Origin: Girardia tigrina
Taxonomy: Eukaryota
Length of the DNA stretch: 64,000 nucleotides
Direction of reading: 5' to 3'
Assembly: GCA_001938485.1 (NCBI GenBank)
Contig: MQRK01210222.1
Coordinates: 1-64,000, forward strand
The position numbers and the translations under genes are program-made. This document shows, piece by piece, positions 1-13,170 of the stretch (its first letter is position 1; the number at the start of each line of letters is the position of its first letter). The notes below the pieces were generated by a model. It worked only from the letters and a program-made list of their open reading frames with translations, was not told the origin of the DNA and did not search any database.

Positions 1-547
1 TTTTTAATTTTTAAAATATTTAGTAAGCAAATTAACATAAAAATATTTTACCCTTTAAATCAAAAAAAATAATAAATTATTCAGGTGAGATAAAAATTTA
101 AAATTAACCCCTCATAACATTGAAATTAGATTATTTTACTGCATCGCTTTATAGAAATTACTATTTATTAAAGTTTTGAAAAGCCAGATTTTGAATCTCG
201 AAAATAAAAGTATCTCACGGTCAAGCAATTTACTTATCCGACATAAGATTATTTAATAATTGATCAATTTCCTAGCTGGAACGTATCTTTTTTAAGCTCA
301 ACCTACTATCTAATGGAATCATATACTCCTGCAATATTACAAATAAAATAACTTATTTATTACAGCTCCTTCTTATGAAATTTTTTTCTGTGATAAATTT
401 TTTACATTTTCGTTTTATTCTTTTCTTTGTTTGTTGTTACAAATAATACATTTATTTATATTTGGATTTTACTCAGATAATTGATTATATTGAGAATCCT
501 TTTTTTAAAACAATTTATACTAAACTGGGTTTCGAAATTAATATATA

Positions 548-1141
548 CTCTAAAACTTCCAATAATCCCTCTGGGCGATTATTCTATTTAAAAGTTAGAA
601 AAACAAGAACATGGTGAATTATTAGAAATTTTTAAAAATCAAAAATAAATTTTAGAAAATCCAATTTTATCATCAATTTCTGAGTAGCTTGATTTCGTAA
701 AGTCTCACCATCAAGAACTTGATGATTTATACTAGCACAATTTCTTGTTCTAAATTCGATACTAAATTATGCATCTTTGGCAATAAGCAAGCTCATTCTT
801 TCATCTAAGAAACATGAATTAAAACTTTTCATAATCAGTTCTTTTGAAAGAGTTTTCCAAGCAATATTAACCTTTTTTGAAATAAGCTCGCATGGCGGAG
901 GTTTTATTCTACCAAATTTGGCACACTCACAAGTATCAGATTAAAACCATTGAGCAGTGTCGTCCCGTAGGTAGTCTTTTAATTATTTAAACCAAAAAAA
1001 CCATCCGCTGGTTAAAGAGGACTGGTCAAACAGCCTATGATTATACAAACGAAAATCTTTATTAGAAGTGGGGGATTGTTCTCCAAAAAAAATTTGATCA
1101 GAAAAAAATAGCTGTATTGGGGGATTATTAGAAGTTTTAGA

Positions 1142-1142
<1 letters not shown>
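548..1142 (-). mobile_element. Non-autonomous pogo/Tc2-like element (deletion derivative)
   Basis: 22-bp TIRs CTCTAAAACTTCYAATAATCCC (1 mismatch) flanked by TA; minus strand 800-950 reads KFGRIKPPPCELISKKVNIAWKTLSKELIMKSFNSCF, like a pogo DDE C-terminus. Confidence 0.75.
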
Positions 1143-1177
<35 letters not shown>

Positions 1178-1266
1178 NNNNNNNNNNNNNNNNNNNNNNN
1201 NNNNNNNNNNNNNNNNNNNNNNNNNNNNNNNNNNNNNNNNNNNNNNNNNNNNNNNNNNNNNNNNNN

Positions 1267-2470
1267 AGTTCCCGCCGTTTTTTGAAAAATTAAAATTTTA
1301 TTTTTTAACAAAATTGTTACTACAAATAAATCACAAATATAATCTCCGCCATTGTTCACAACTTCTTCCCAACGTTCAACGAGTTCTTCAATGCCTCTTT
1401 GGTAGAAATCGCCCGGTCTTGATTCGAAAAATTCAGCCAACCAAACTTTAAGTTCTCCATCATTGTTGAACGAAACACCACGCAAAGCGTTAGAAAGCGA
1501 ATGGAAAAGATGAAAATCAGATGGAGCCAAGTCAGATGAATATGGAGGGTGCGGTAACACTTCCCAACCAAGCGTTTGAATGGGTTCTTTTGTTGTTCTG
1601 GCAATATGATGACGTGCATTGTCGTGTTGCAAAATAACGCCATGTTGTCGATCCGGATGTTTTTGTCTTATAGCGGCGTTGAGTTTATGCAGCTGTTGAA
1701 CATAAAGTTCTGCGTTCACTGTTTGGTTTCGAGGAAGCAATTCATAATGAAAAATCCCTCCCTAACCCCACCAAACGCATAGCATTGTCTTTCATAGATG
1801 AAGATCCTGTTTTGCTCGCGGTGTCGATTGTTCTTCTCGGCTACGCCATTCTTTGCGCTGTTTCATGTTGACGTACAGGCACCATTTTTCATCACCCGTT
1901 ACAATTCGATAAAGAAATTGTTGTTTATGACCATGAGTTGAGCGATGACGGGCAAGCAAACTCGCCGAAATTGTGGATCGCTGGTTTTTGTTGTTTTCGG
2001 TCAAAAGATGTGGGACCCAAGCTCCCATTTTTTGAACTTTTCCCATTGATTTCAGGTGGTTCANNNNNNNNNNNNNNNNNNNNNNNNNNNNNNNNNNNNN
2101 NNNNNNNNNNNNNNNNNNNNNGCGTCTTCATGCAAAAGTTTGTTCAAACGCTCTTCATCGAATTCATTTGGTCGTCCTGAACGAGGTGCATCCTTGAGGT
2201 CAAAATTGCCAATTTTAAATTTTGCGAACCAATCACGAGTAGTTCTATCAGCTATAGCACCTTCTCCGTATACAGTACAAAGCTCTCGGGCAGCGTCTGC
2301 AGCTTTGGCGCCTAGATTATACGCAAACAATAGATGGTGTCGGAAATGCTCATTTTTGTCGACTTGACACTCCATTTAAATGGTCTAAAAATCGACAAAA
2401 ATTAATCTGAATAAAAAAACAAAATACAACATTTTTTTGAGCAAAACAATAGCTTTCAAATAACGTATAA
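1267..2470 (-). mobile_element. Mariner DD34D element, defective; same family as 27714-29065
   Basis: ORF pieces 2375->1330: HTH (DAPRSGRP), WVPHLL, TGDEKW, HDNA, PYSSDLAPSD; internal stops; partial TIR AGTTCCCGCCGTT abutting the gap; other TIR not seen. Confidence 0.93.
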
Positions 2471-3399
2471 CATTTAATTTAATTTAATAAATTTAATTTA
2501 AATTTAATTAAATGCTTTCTTTTTAAATCAGCTGATTTAGGCAAGCAGTGATTATGTAATCAATGGATTATTATGTCATCTAAACAAGCTCAATTGGGTT
2601 TTTGAGAGATCCATTTGTACATTAATCTTAGGATCTAAAGATCTGATATAAAGTGCTTTTCTTTTTGTTAAAAAAATTAAACTTAATGCTTCGATATGTA
2701 ATATCATGGAAACCTGTTTTTTCATTCATGGAAAAAAACGGTCGTTGCTAATGCAAATGATGCTAAACACTTCGGCTGCTGTACAACCAAGTTTGAATTC
2801 GTGGAAAATCTAGTTACGGATTTCTGAACCTTTTTTGATATTTTAACTTCCTAAAATCAATAACTTTTTATAGAAAAGACTACGAAATTTAATATATGAA
2901 ATCAATAATACAGGGTGAGTCAGAAGTCACCAGGCAGTCATTATATTAGTGATCCAAGTGTACTGAAATGAGTTTACATCGATCAGTCGGTTGATTTCTT
3001 GGTGTAAACTCAGTAAGAAGATCATGCGAACACATCTTACAAATAGTTCATTTAAGTCGATAATTTCATCATTTAACAAACCTTAAAAATGGCAGAGTCA
3101 AATAATTCCCAAACTAATAACTGATAATATATAATAACTGATCCGGATATAAAATCCATATAAGACAAAATTAAATTTAAAAATGTACTTAAATTTTTTA
3201 AATTACTGACAAATATTTAAATAGTATGTTAGAATTTTCTTTAAATGATTTTTGCTCTTAATTTATCCACTAACAATATGGATTACACATTATCATTTAA
3301 TTATTTCGTTCTTTTGATTTTATATATAAATAATAATAAGTAACTAAATCTAGTAAATATACCTTACACATTTTTAAGTATCTGTTGAGATTTCATGCA

Positions 3400-3660
3400 G
3401 TAATAGAAAAGTAATTACTGTACCTCCAAAGGCATGGAGAAACTACTCAAAATCTGTGTAAAAGAATCCAAAAGTAAGAAGTCATAGTACAAGGGATATA
3501 AATATTTTCAGGAGATATAATTTCTTTGATTCTTAAAGAAACTATGCACTTAATTAATGAAACTTTGAGAGAGAGTGTCATACAAAGCGTTATACTTAGG
3601 ATATTTCGACTCTAAATTAACATGAAAGCAGCAATCTAAACTACATTATTGGGGATTCGT
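3400..3660 (+). mobile_element. Possible decayed LINE RT fragment
   Basis: PPKAWRN / KGMEKLLKIC-like and YLG-like remnants; heavily decayed. Confidence 0.25.
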
Positions 3661-4005
3661 ACATGATATACTGTACGACGTATTAAATAAAAAATGAAGC
3701 TTCTTCTGATGATGCAGAAATTCATTAAACATTATATTCTTTGTTGATAAATTTTATTTGAAGTCATTCTTTTTAAATCATGAATTTCTAACGAATATTA
3801 AGAAACAGATCAAAAAAATGATTATTATTTTTATATTGTTATTGTTAAGTTCGAAATCAAAGATTGAATTCATAAGAACGCAAAACTTTATTTCTATAAT
3901 AATTAAAAATTACTCAAACAATTTTTTGCTGAGGAACTTTTCTTTTGTTTTCTTTTTGAGAAAATTGAATTTACCGAAAAATACTGAATTATAAATACTA
4001 TTTTA

Positions 4006-5290
4006 TTGGGTTGGCGAAAAAGTCAAAAGCGTTTTTGAGTACGTCTTAATAAAAAGCTTGAAAATATAAAACAATGTGATAAAATTTAAATTCAATTATA
4101 TATTCTGAAGCCTTAATTTTCAGACTATGTTTTTAAAAAATATTAATTGATTTTCTTTTAATTTATTACTTTACCGTCAATTCGAAATGGAAAATCAAAA
4201 TGAGCATATTCGTCATGTTTTGTTGCATTATTTTCGCAAAGAGAAAACCGCTGTGCAAGCTCATAAGAAGATATGTTTTGTATATGGTAGTGACTCCTTA
4301 AAACTTCGACAGTGTCAATACTGGTTTTCTAAATTTCGTTCTGAAAAATTTCATCTGAAAGATGCACCACGCTCCGGTCGACCAGTTGAAGCTGATGGCG
4401 ACAAAATAACAGCACTGATGAAATCTAATCCACATATGACGACAAGAGAAGTTGCACAGATTCTGGAAATATCAAAATCAAGTGCTGGAAGTCATTTAAA
4501 GAAACTTGGATTCGTCAGTAAACTCGATATGTGGTTACCACATGAACTGAAAGAAATTCATTTGGTGAAACGTATAGACATTGGTGATTCCCTTTGAAGC
4601 GAGAACAAAGTGATCCGTTTTTGAAGCGCTTGATTACGGGTGACGAAAAATTGATTGTTTACAACAATGTGGAAGGCCGACGATCATGGACAAAACGTGG
4701 TGAGCCTACCAAAACGATCCCAAAAGCAGAAATTCACCAAAAAAAAGGTTATGTTTTCCGTCTGCCTGGATTTTAAAGGAATTGTGTGTTTTTGAACTCC
4801 TTCCGAGAAATGAAACCATCAATTCAGACAGATATTGTGGTCAGCTGGAGAAATTCACTCATTCAATTCAACAGGAACGTTCTGAATTGGCAAATCGAAA
4901 AGGACTTGTAATTCAGCATGATAACACAAGACCACATACAAGTTTGACCACTCGCCAGAAACTCTTATCACTGGGTTGGGAGGTTTTGCCGCACCCACCG
5001 TATTCTCAAGACTTGGCCTCATCGGATTTTCACTTATTTAGATCACTGCAGAATTCCTTAAACAGAAAAACGTTCGCCAGTGATGATGACATCAAATCGT
5101 TCCTAGACGGCGTTTTTGCTGACAAAGGCAAAGGTTTTTAAGAATCAGGAATAATGAAGCTACCGGAAAGGTAGAAGAAAGTGATTGAAAATAAAGGACA
5201 GTATATCGTGTAAAAATATTTGTGCATCCATGTCATTTTTTGATAATAAATATTTTATTAAAAAACGCAATGACTTTTTGGCCAACCCAA
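4006..5290 (+). mobile_element. Full-length mariner (mellifera-like), transposase pseudogene
   Basis: TIRs TTGGGTTGGCGAAAAAGTCA / TGACTTTTTGGCCAACCCAA, TA TSD, 1285 bp; frameshifted ORFs 4187-5141 with WLPHEL, TGDEK, HDN, PYSQDLASSD. Confidence 0.96.
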
Positions 5291-5945
5291 TAGTTATTAA
5301 ACTTTTTATTTTTACGAATTGAATAAATTACTTTTTTAAATTACAATAATTTTACAGAATTACATTTCACTATTTAATCTAATTTAAATACAATTTTTAA
5401 CATCTATAAAATATATCTACAAATAATTACTTTACAATGTTTAAATTTATATTATTTTACTACAAATTTATAATTCGCAATACCTCAAATTAATTCACAT
5501 ACCATTTTTACCTTATTTTTAAAATCATTTTAAATTTAATTTTAAAACTTAGAAATATGTATAATTAAATTTAAAAATAATATTTAGTTTTCAAATAATT
5601 TTGTGTCACATCAAATTATTTAATTGTACTTTTTTTATATTCGGTTAATTTTAATTTTTATATTCAATCGTAAAAAAAGCTTGAAATAAAATGTGTTTTG
5701 TATACGATTATTTATTTATATGATTAAATCTAGATTTTAAATATTGGTAACTTTCTGAAATGTTAAAAAATATTTTAAAATTTTTATACATAATATGTAA
5801 AATATTTTACAGTTTAATTTTTTAAAAATTCCACAAATTTATGAGTTTTTCCGAAAAATCCTCACAATTATTATTATTTTTCTTATTATTATTATATTAA
5901 TCTAATGTTAAACTCCGAAATTTGTTATTAGAATTATAATTGCAG

Positions 5946-6001
5946 AACGAAAGCCGAACTCTAATGTCCATAGCTGCAACACTTATTCCTCGAATAATCA
6001 G
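5946..6001 (+). CDS. Putative internal exon of a host gene (RKPNSNVHSCNTYSSNNQ)
   Basis: TTGCAG acceptor, CAG|GT donor, 43-nt intron, frame stays open into the next exon. Confidence 0.5.
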
Positions 6002-6044
6002 GTTTTATTTTCTTTCTAAATTTCTCTGAATAATTTAATTTTAG

Positions 6045-6123
6045 TATTTCGAATCAATTCCTTTCGAAAATAATGGTCCGAATGAAATTTGTGGTTATCC
6101 AGCAACAATGGATTCTCATGCGA
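6045..6123 (+). CDS. Putative internal exon (YFESIPFENNGPNEICGYPATMDSHA)
   Basis: TTTTAG acceptor; GTAAAC phase-1 donor compatible with the acceptor at 17192. Confidence 0.5.
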
Positions 6124-6656
6124 GTAAACATTTTTTTAATTATATTTTTGATTTATAATTTAAAGACTCTGAATATTTGTACAAGAATTTATTACAACAG
6201 GAAAATGGTGTGATATAGATAATTATCATAGTTAATTGTTAATAAAGGTTTAAAAAAGTTCAAATTAATGCTTGTCACAATTTATATTTAGCCATGAGAT
6301 TGTGGATTCTTTTTCAGAGCTCTTATTTCATGACCATACTAAAAATTATGTTTATTACTTTCTTAAGTTTTAAATCTCTTTTAGTACTCCTACGTATCCA
6401 AAGGTATAATCAATCTATTCAACATAGCCATTATAACAGTAAACCTCTTCAACCATCTCTCGGAAAATCATAAACTGGTATAACAGAATTAAAGAACTTT
6501 CTGAAACGAAATTTTTGTGTAAATATAATGTCCCCTTGTTTAATTTTCTCATTATGGAAAAACCTTTTATGGATTTTCGTTTAATAAGTAATTTTATGTA
6601 ATGGTTTTCCAAAGTCTTTTATTACAAAATATTTTGAAACTTGAAAAATATAATAA

Positions 6657-7512
6657 ACAAGAAAAGGACCCGACATATATGACGTAGAGCTGAATTTTCG
6701 TCTTTAATAGTTTCTTCTTTTATTTCTAAATCGTAATTTTAATAATTTATTATTTATTGACTCAAATTTGGTGTTGATTTAACAGTCGATTGGTTTAATC
6801 GACTTCCCAGCGTCTTTTGTGGAAGGCGCTGAATTGAGAGAAGCGTCGCAATGCGGGCTATCCAGATTGACCACGTACTTACGCGGATTCACTCTGGATC
6901 CTCCGCCATTTTCCATTTTATTCATGATATGCATTGGGTGTTACGAACATATATATCTATATAGTAATTTCTTTAAAATTTTTTTTATTTTTTTATTAAA
7001 TTTATCAATAGAACTTTCATTATTTAAGTTTTCATCGTTAAAATTTTTAGATTTACATTATTAATAAAAAACGTATAAATGAAATGTTGATATTATTTAT
7101 TAATAACTAAAATTTATAATTTATACTAAATTAATTTTTATCAATATAATTAGTAAATAAGTGATAGAAATCGTCATTTTTCAAATAAATTAGTATTTTA
7201 TTAGTATTTCTAAAAAATTCTCACGAAATTCCTTGTAGGAATCATCCAAATCGTCATTATTCAAAATCAATTTTAATTAAACAATTTCAATACTTGCACG
7301 GTTTTCAGTCGATTTCGTAGGCTTCCCGGTGTCTTTCCCCAAAGGCCTGCACCGACATAATCGTCTTGAGGCGGGCCTTTTAGATTAATCACGTATTTAG
7401 ATGGATTTGCTCCGGTTCATCCGCAACTTTAAATTTTGATCATAGCGTGACAGACAAACCGACAAACTAGCTAACTAACTAATTAATATTTTGGACAAAA
7501 ATATTATATATT
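6657..7512 (-). mobile_element. Non-autonomous Helitron-like repeat, copy 1
   Basis: Minus-strand 3' end GTCATATATGTC hairpin followed by CTTG/T; internal duplicated GC-rich subrepeat; homologous to 35327-36090 and 38200-39285. Confidence 0.7.
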
Positions 7513-8754
7513 AGTAGAGTATCGGTAACGTATTTCCGTATAAACATTATACTTTATTAACATCAATCTCCGAAGAATTAAAAAAATAAAGATCAGTGTC
7601 TTGACTTTTAAATGAGTAAAGAAAGTAGAAAATTTGTTTGAATTTGCTTAAAATAAAAATTATTATGTTGTGCCTTTATGAATTCTCATATTCAAATAAC
7701 TAACTAGGACGAAATGTTATTCATTCATCTGGCAATCTTTTCACATCCAGGGTAATGAAACTTGTTCCACAACGTCCTGATAAGAAATTACAAATTAATT
7801 GTGTCTGTAAAAAAACTAATTGAACTAATTAAAGTTCAATGAGCTCTTTTAACGAAAATAAATAAAAATATAAAAAATAATAAATTTTAAATTAACGGTA
7901 AACACAATTAACTAATTACAATCGTAATCACAATAAATAATGAAAGTAAAATAGGCTGAAACCTCAGGTCGGTTGAGGTGAAGAGGAGAAACAAGAATTG
8001 GTCTAACTGGAATGGATTCTGACAACTGATTATAAAAAAATTGATCTAGTTCGGTTTTATAATGTTTTAGTTTCGGTGTTGAATGTTCTCAGGATACAAG
8101 ATATTTAGTTTAGGGTATTTCTAAACTGGAAAAATTGAGAGTCGGAAACTGATGAACAAAGGATAGGATAATGACATAGGATATTGGATATTTGAGATCG
8201 GATAATATTTCGTAGTTTCTTACTGATTGATCACGAAATTCAATTTTATGGCAAAAAACCCTTTTGAAACTGGTAAAATTGTGTAAATTTAAAAATCCGA
8301 GGAAAAGAAATGCGAATAAAATATTTTTTGTTACAGATTTCATTAATCGCTTTTTTTTAATCTTATAAGTGACAGTTGGTCACTACAGTGTCATATATGG
8401 TTGGAATGAAAAAAGATTCCAAAACTTTTTGTATCCTATTGCGTTAAATATTTTGTCAAAAGAATAAGAAAGAATAGAGCCAATAGCGCGTATTGCGCGC
8501 CACACCTCTTCTACGTACAGAAGGTTATCAATAATAACATTGATGTGGTCAATGCCACCGATCGATCGCATGCTAAAATGCGACAACGCAATATTTGTTC
8601 GTCGATCAATAAATCTTACTATATTTCGGTGGCGTTCATATTTTCGAAGGGTCGCCACCATACCCGCGCGCACCGTGATCCAGACGATGAGGGATCGGGG
8701 ATCGGTCACTCGTGACANATCGGAAGCGGCGCAATTGATCGAGGAAGAGACGAC

Positions 8755-8921
8755 CGATGTCGACGATTTACAGTCGATAAACGTGACAATCGCTCCGAGG
8801 GAGTTGTTGTTCTGATGGATTCGGATTGTTTGGATTTTGCCATGGCTTTGAAACGTTTGTCTAGTGTCGGTTTCTTCGCAATTTTTCGGTAAATTATTAA
8901 TCGTCTCGTTTCTGTCTTCAT
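8755..8921 (-). pseudogene. Spen/SHARP-like N-terminal RRM fragment, frameshifted
   Basis: MKTETRRLII then (shifted frame) NLPKNCEETDTRQTFQSHGKIQTIRIHQNNNSLGAIVTFIDCKSS aligns by eye to SPEN N-terminus MVRETRHLWVGNLPEN...FKRYGRVESVKIL...AAFVDFVDIKSA. Confidence 0.65.
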
Positions 8922-10519
8922 TCAAATCGTCCGATCTTCCTAATTCCAATTCAGTCTCTTCCAAATTCATCGATAATCTCGAAATTAGTCGGAACAGAAA
9001 CACTTCCACAATCGTAAATCAGAGAACAATTTATTCTCTCGTTGTTGTTGACTTGGATTTGCAAATCGATTTAAATCTCTCAGAGAGAATCCGATTTGTG
9101 TTGTAACGAAATAACAACAAACGTGAATAAATTAGAGAATCGTAAAAAGTAAATCAAAATTCGTTTTTCAAAAAGATTTATTATTTACCAAAGCAAGAAT
9201 GATAAGTTTTAAATTGGTGGTTAATGAAATCAGTTGTTTGGTGCGGTAAAACAAATTCTGCTAATTATAATCATCGTCGAAAATATTTCGTTAGATTCTT
9301 AAAATAAAGACCGAATGTTTTTTTTAAAATGCGCATCTGAATTTTTCAGTTTTAAAAATTTCAGGGGTCGCAAATCCAATTAAGAAATTTTTTCAAAATT
9401 AAAAAATTAAATTAAATATCACATTAAAAAAACTCTTAATTGGTTGCTACTGCTGATGCGATTTAATGAACACTACAAACATGATAATACTCTGTGCCCT
9501 AGTGTCGCCAATCTACTTTATTTACGTAACCACACAAATTGAAACATAACCATATATCCCTCTTAGACATAATGTAGAAATAATGAATTCAGCAATTAAA
9601 TGAACCCACTATTTCTACTAAATTAACTAGAATAACTCACCTATTAGGTTAATAGTGATAAAAGGTGAATTATTCTTTATACTTTAAGAATTGTTAAGAT
9701 AATTTAACCAATTCGTTAAATGAACCTAACAACCCAAAGATGAACAAAATGATAAAAATCAACGAACGATTTAAAATTATATTGTTTACCAACAATAACT
9801 GAATGATATTTAACGTAATAATAATAACTAACAGTTACTTCACGGGTAGTAAACGCAATAATCGAGGTTTCAAAAAAAATCAGTCTTTTCTTTTCTTGTT
9901 TATTAGGATAAAAATCGTTCAGTATATTCGTTCAGTAAGAATGACTGTAGACCGCGGACAATATAGCAATATATACGGTGATATTTGGAAGAGTTGGATA
10001 ATCAAATTAATAGCTGGCTGCCAAATTAACGCATAATAAACAGTAACTAATAATTCTGTTTAATAATTTTTTTATCGATCGCAATTTAAACTTTAATTTT
10101 CTATGGCAAATGAAATTTGAATTGCCTTATTTACTTGGAAGACTAAAGACTATTTATTTGGAAGAATAAATTAATTTGCTCTAATTCTTCAACTTTGTTT
10201 TGAAAATTGATTCGTTTTTATTTCGAGATCATTGATGATTTTTTTTTGTAAATTACTTTGATTGAGAATTAGTTTCGCTGACTCATCTTCTTTTTTTTCT
10301 CATTTTGTTTTTCGTACAAAAAATAAAAAGAATGTAAAAATAAAAATTAAATACAAAAAAATCAAAACACAAAGGCTGAATACAATAACCCTAGATATGT
10401 AAAATAAATAAAAATAAATATATAATTACAGAGACCAAAGAATCGATCCCCGCGTTGTACAACATTAGAGGTGGAGAAACATACAAAAGAAAATTCAAAT
10501 GTTCAAAGTAAATAGGTAC

Positions 10520-11010
10520 ATTCAAAAGAAATGAAGGAAAAGAAATACATGTAAAAGTATCAAACACCATCCGTTTACAAAAATGAGGTATCACACATAA
10601 AGTCATTATTGATTCAGCCAAAGTTCATTTTCAAACTCTAAATATCAAATATGAACTTTCTCCTTAAGGCGTTTTAGGATTTTAATTTTTACCACTTCAA
10701 CCTTAAATCTTTCTTTGTAATTTTTTGTCAGGTAGTGTATGGACTACTGAGTTCTTGAGATACTTTTCTTGCTGAAGTTGATAGCACCCTGAAAAAAGTT
10801 TGTAAACTTTTTTTGTTGTTTTCACGTGTTTTGACTTTTTCTCTTCTTTATTTCCTTCAATCATATTTACAGGTTTCCAGAAAACTTAACGTTTCCTTCT
10901 GAGGATTAACAATTTAAGAAATATTTTCGTCATTTTTCTCTGTCTTCAGCAGCTGCAAATTGCCAGTTTTCATAGTAAAAAATGAATAATTTCTTCGCGT
11001 CAATTGATGA
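10520..11010 (-). mobile_element. Fossil Tc1/mariner-superfamily transposase N-terminal fragment (rosa/maT-like)
   Basis: FYYEN, SARKVSQELSSPYTT*QKITKKDLRLK remnants. Confidence 0.4.
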
Positions 11011-11269
11011 TGATGGTAGAAAATTTTATTTTTTAATTTCAATTTCTAATAAAAAGCTAAATCCTAAGGTGAATCCTTAAAATGTATATATTTATAATTT
11101 CAATCTCTGTTTATCAATAAAATAATAGATTTGATGGGCATCCAGTATGGAAATGTAAAAACAATTGTGTAATTTAATATTTTTTAAAAAAATAATTAGA
11201 TCATCAAGTATGAAATTAGAAGACCTAAAGTCTAAATTTATTCACCAATACAAATATTTATGTCATTCA

Positions 11270-12193
11270 TAAATATATGCACTCATAATTATGACATATT
11301 TTGCTATTTGAGCGGCAGCTTGTTGAGGCCATTTGAATAAAAATTTGGTGGACGAGAATCTATAATTTCCTGGAAGGCCATTTTTACTTCATTTTCGGAA
11401 TTTATTTTGTTTCCTATCAATAAGTTGTTTAAATTGAGGGAGCAATCATAGTCTTCTTGCTAAACATTTAGGGCAAGGTCTCTTGAGTATGGAGTATGAT
11501 GCAGAAGTTACAACGCAAGTTCATGTAGTTTTATTACGGTCTTCAATGTAGTATATAGTATTGCATTATCGTGGAGAAAGGTAGAAGTTGATCTGTTTAT
11601 CAAACGCGGCTGTTTTTTTTAGTTTCCGCACCATTTGTTCCAATTGGTTGCAGTAAACATCTGCTATGATAGACGAACCGGGTTTAATGAAATCATAATC
11701 AATTACACCTGCTACAGAATACTAAAAACTTATCATCAACTTCTTTTAATGAATTTTGTGCTCTTGACTATGTTTCGGTGCTTTATTCGTGTCTAAGCAG
11801 CTTGTTGAACTTTTGTAATTGTAATAATTGATCAACATTTCATAACAAGTGACGATTAACTTAAACTAGTAAATCAAAAAATTAAATTTTTTATATCCGT
11901 TCTTGATGCAAACAGAACTCTACTTTGCCAAAAAAGTTTTAAATTTCAAAAATTTGAATTAAAAAAACATTAAAAATTAATATAAACTACTTATAATTTA
12001 TAAGTAGATATCTTGCAATTAATATTGTTTGGGAACTCCGAATTTTCTGAATTTTAATTTACTTAAAAGTTTTTTTGATCAAATTTTCACATAATCATTC
12101 ATTGTTATCGAGAATGAGTAAGACTGCAAATTTTGAAGAAAATAGATTGAGTAAAAAGCCTTCAAAAACAGGTTTCTAAATTCCATGGATATG

Positions 12194-12238
<45 letters not shown>

Positions 12239-13170
12239 TGAAGTGGATTAAATAGGAGATGAACCTAATTTTTAATCAACCTACGAATATAAATAAAAAA
12301 ATAAAGTCAATAAGTTAAGTTAAAAAGATTATAATAATAACGATATAACAGAAAGTTATAATATCACCAAACAAAAGGAAAATCAGTTAGAGCGGATTCA
12401 ACGAGTAAAATGTTACTTTATTTCTGTCCCAATTGGTCGTCAACAAAACAAATAGTTGTATAGAGCTGGTCAAGAATTTTCAAGAATGTAATAAAGATCC
12501 GAAATTTGAAGAGGATTTTGATTTTTAGAATTCGGATTAGTTATATGGCTTCTCAAATTCGATATATACAATAAAATGAATAAAAAATCCCTTGTAATTC
12601 GCGAGAGAATTTATTAAATTTGGATTTCGTTGCTTGATAATTGTATTGATTCATTGATTTTTTTATTTTATTCATGCTAATATATAATTTTTTTATTATT
12701 TACATAAAAAAGCAGTCAAACCCCTTTAAAATACAAAATGATTTCGTTTATAACACCATACACAAAATAGATATTCCTATGTATATTTTGTTATAAATAA
12801 AAAGATATGCAGGCACTACAATACCTATATAAAAAGTAAGCTAATAAAAAGAATGGAAAAGGAATTACATTTATCACGTGAAAGCATCATCAAGCAAGCA
12901 TTCAAACGATTTTGTTTCTGCTTTTCATTCAATTCATGCTGAATCAACTTATCCAACTTTTTAACTTTACTAATGTCAGCAAAGTGATTCAATATTGCTT
13001 GGTTTGTAACAGCAAATGTTAGCGACAAATCATGCGATGGGTCCGATTACACAGTTACCTTCAGTTCGGCATTGTCTACCTGCAAACCTGAACGACCGAG
13101 ACTCATTAGTGAGGTAAAAATGACTTTCCCGAATTTCCTGAACCTATTTGAGGCTGTCTGCTGTTCAGAT
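11270..13170 (-). mobile_element. Old cecropia-like mariner split in two by an insertion at 11861-12860
   Basis: N-half KVKKLDKLIQHELNEKQKQNRL (12861-13150); C-half IVTCYEM..APKH..LHDNA..HTPYSRDLA (11300-11860). Confidence 0.75.
11861..12860. mobile_element. Helentron-associated (HINE-like) repeat, copy 1, with (TA)n and a secondary insert
   Basis: 11861-12196 plus 12826-12860 match 25320-25742; subterminal inverted repeat TCCRTTCTT / AAGAATGGA; no TSD evident. Confidence 0.5.

Noticed and set aside
1012-1330. C-terminal extension of the 242-aa mariner ORF
   Set aside because: Read-through across TIR, gap and microsatellite after a frameshift
9362-9455. CAG...CTG hAT-like mini inverted repeat
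   Set aside because: Imperfect arms and no 8-bp TSD
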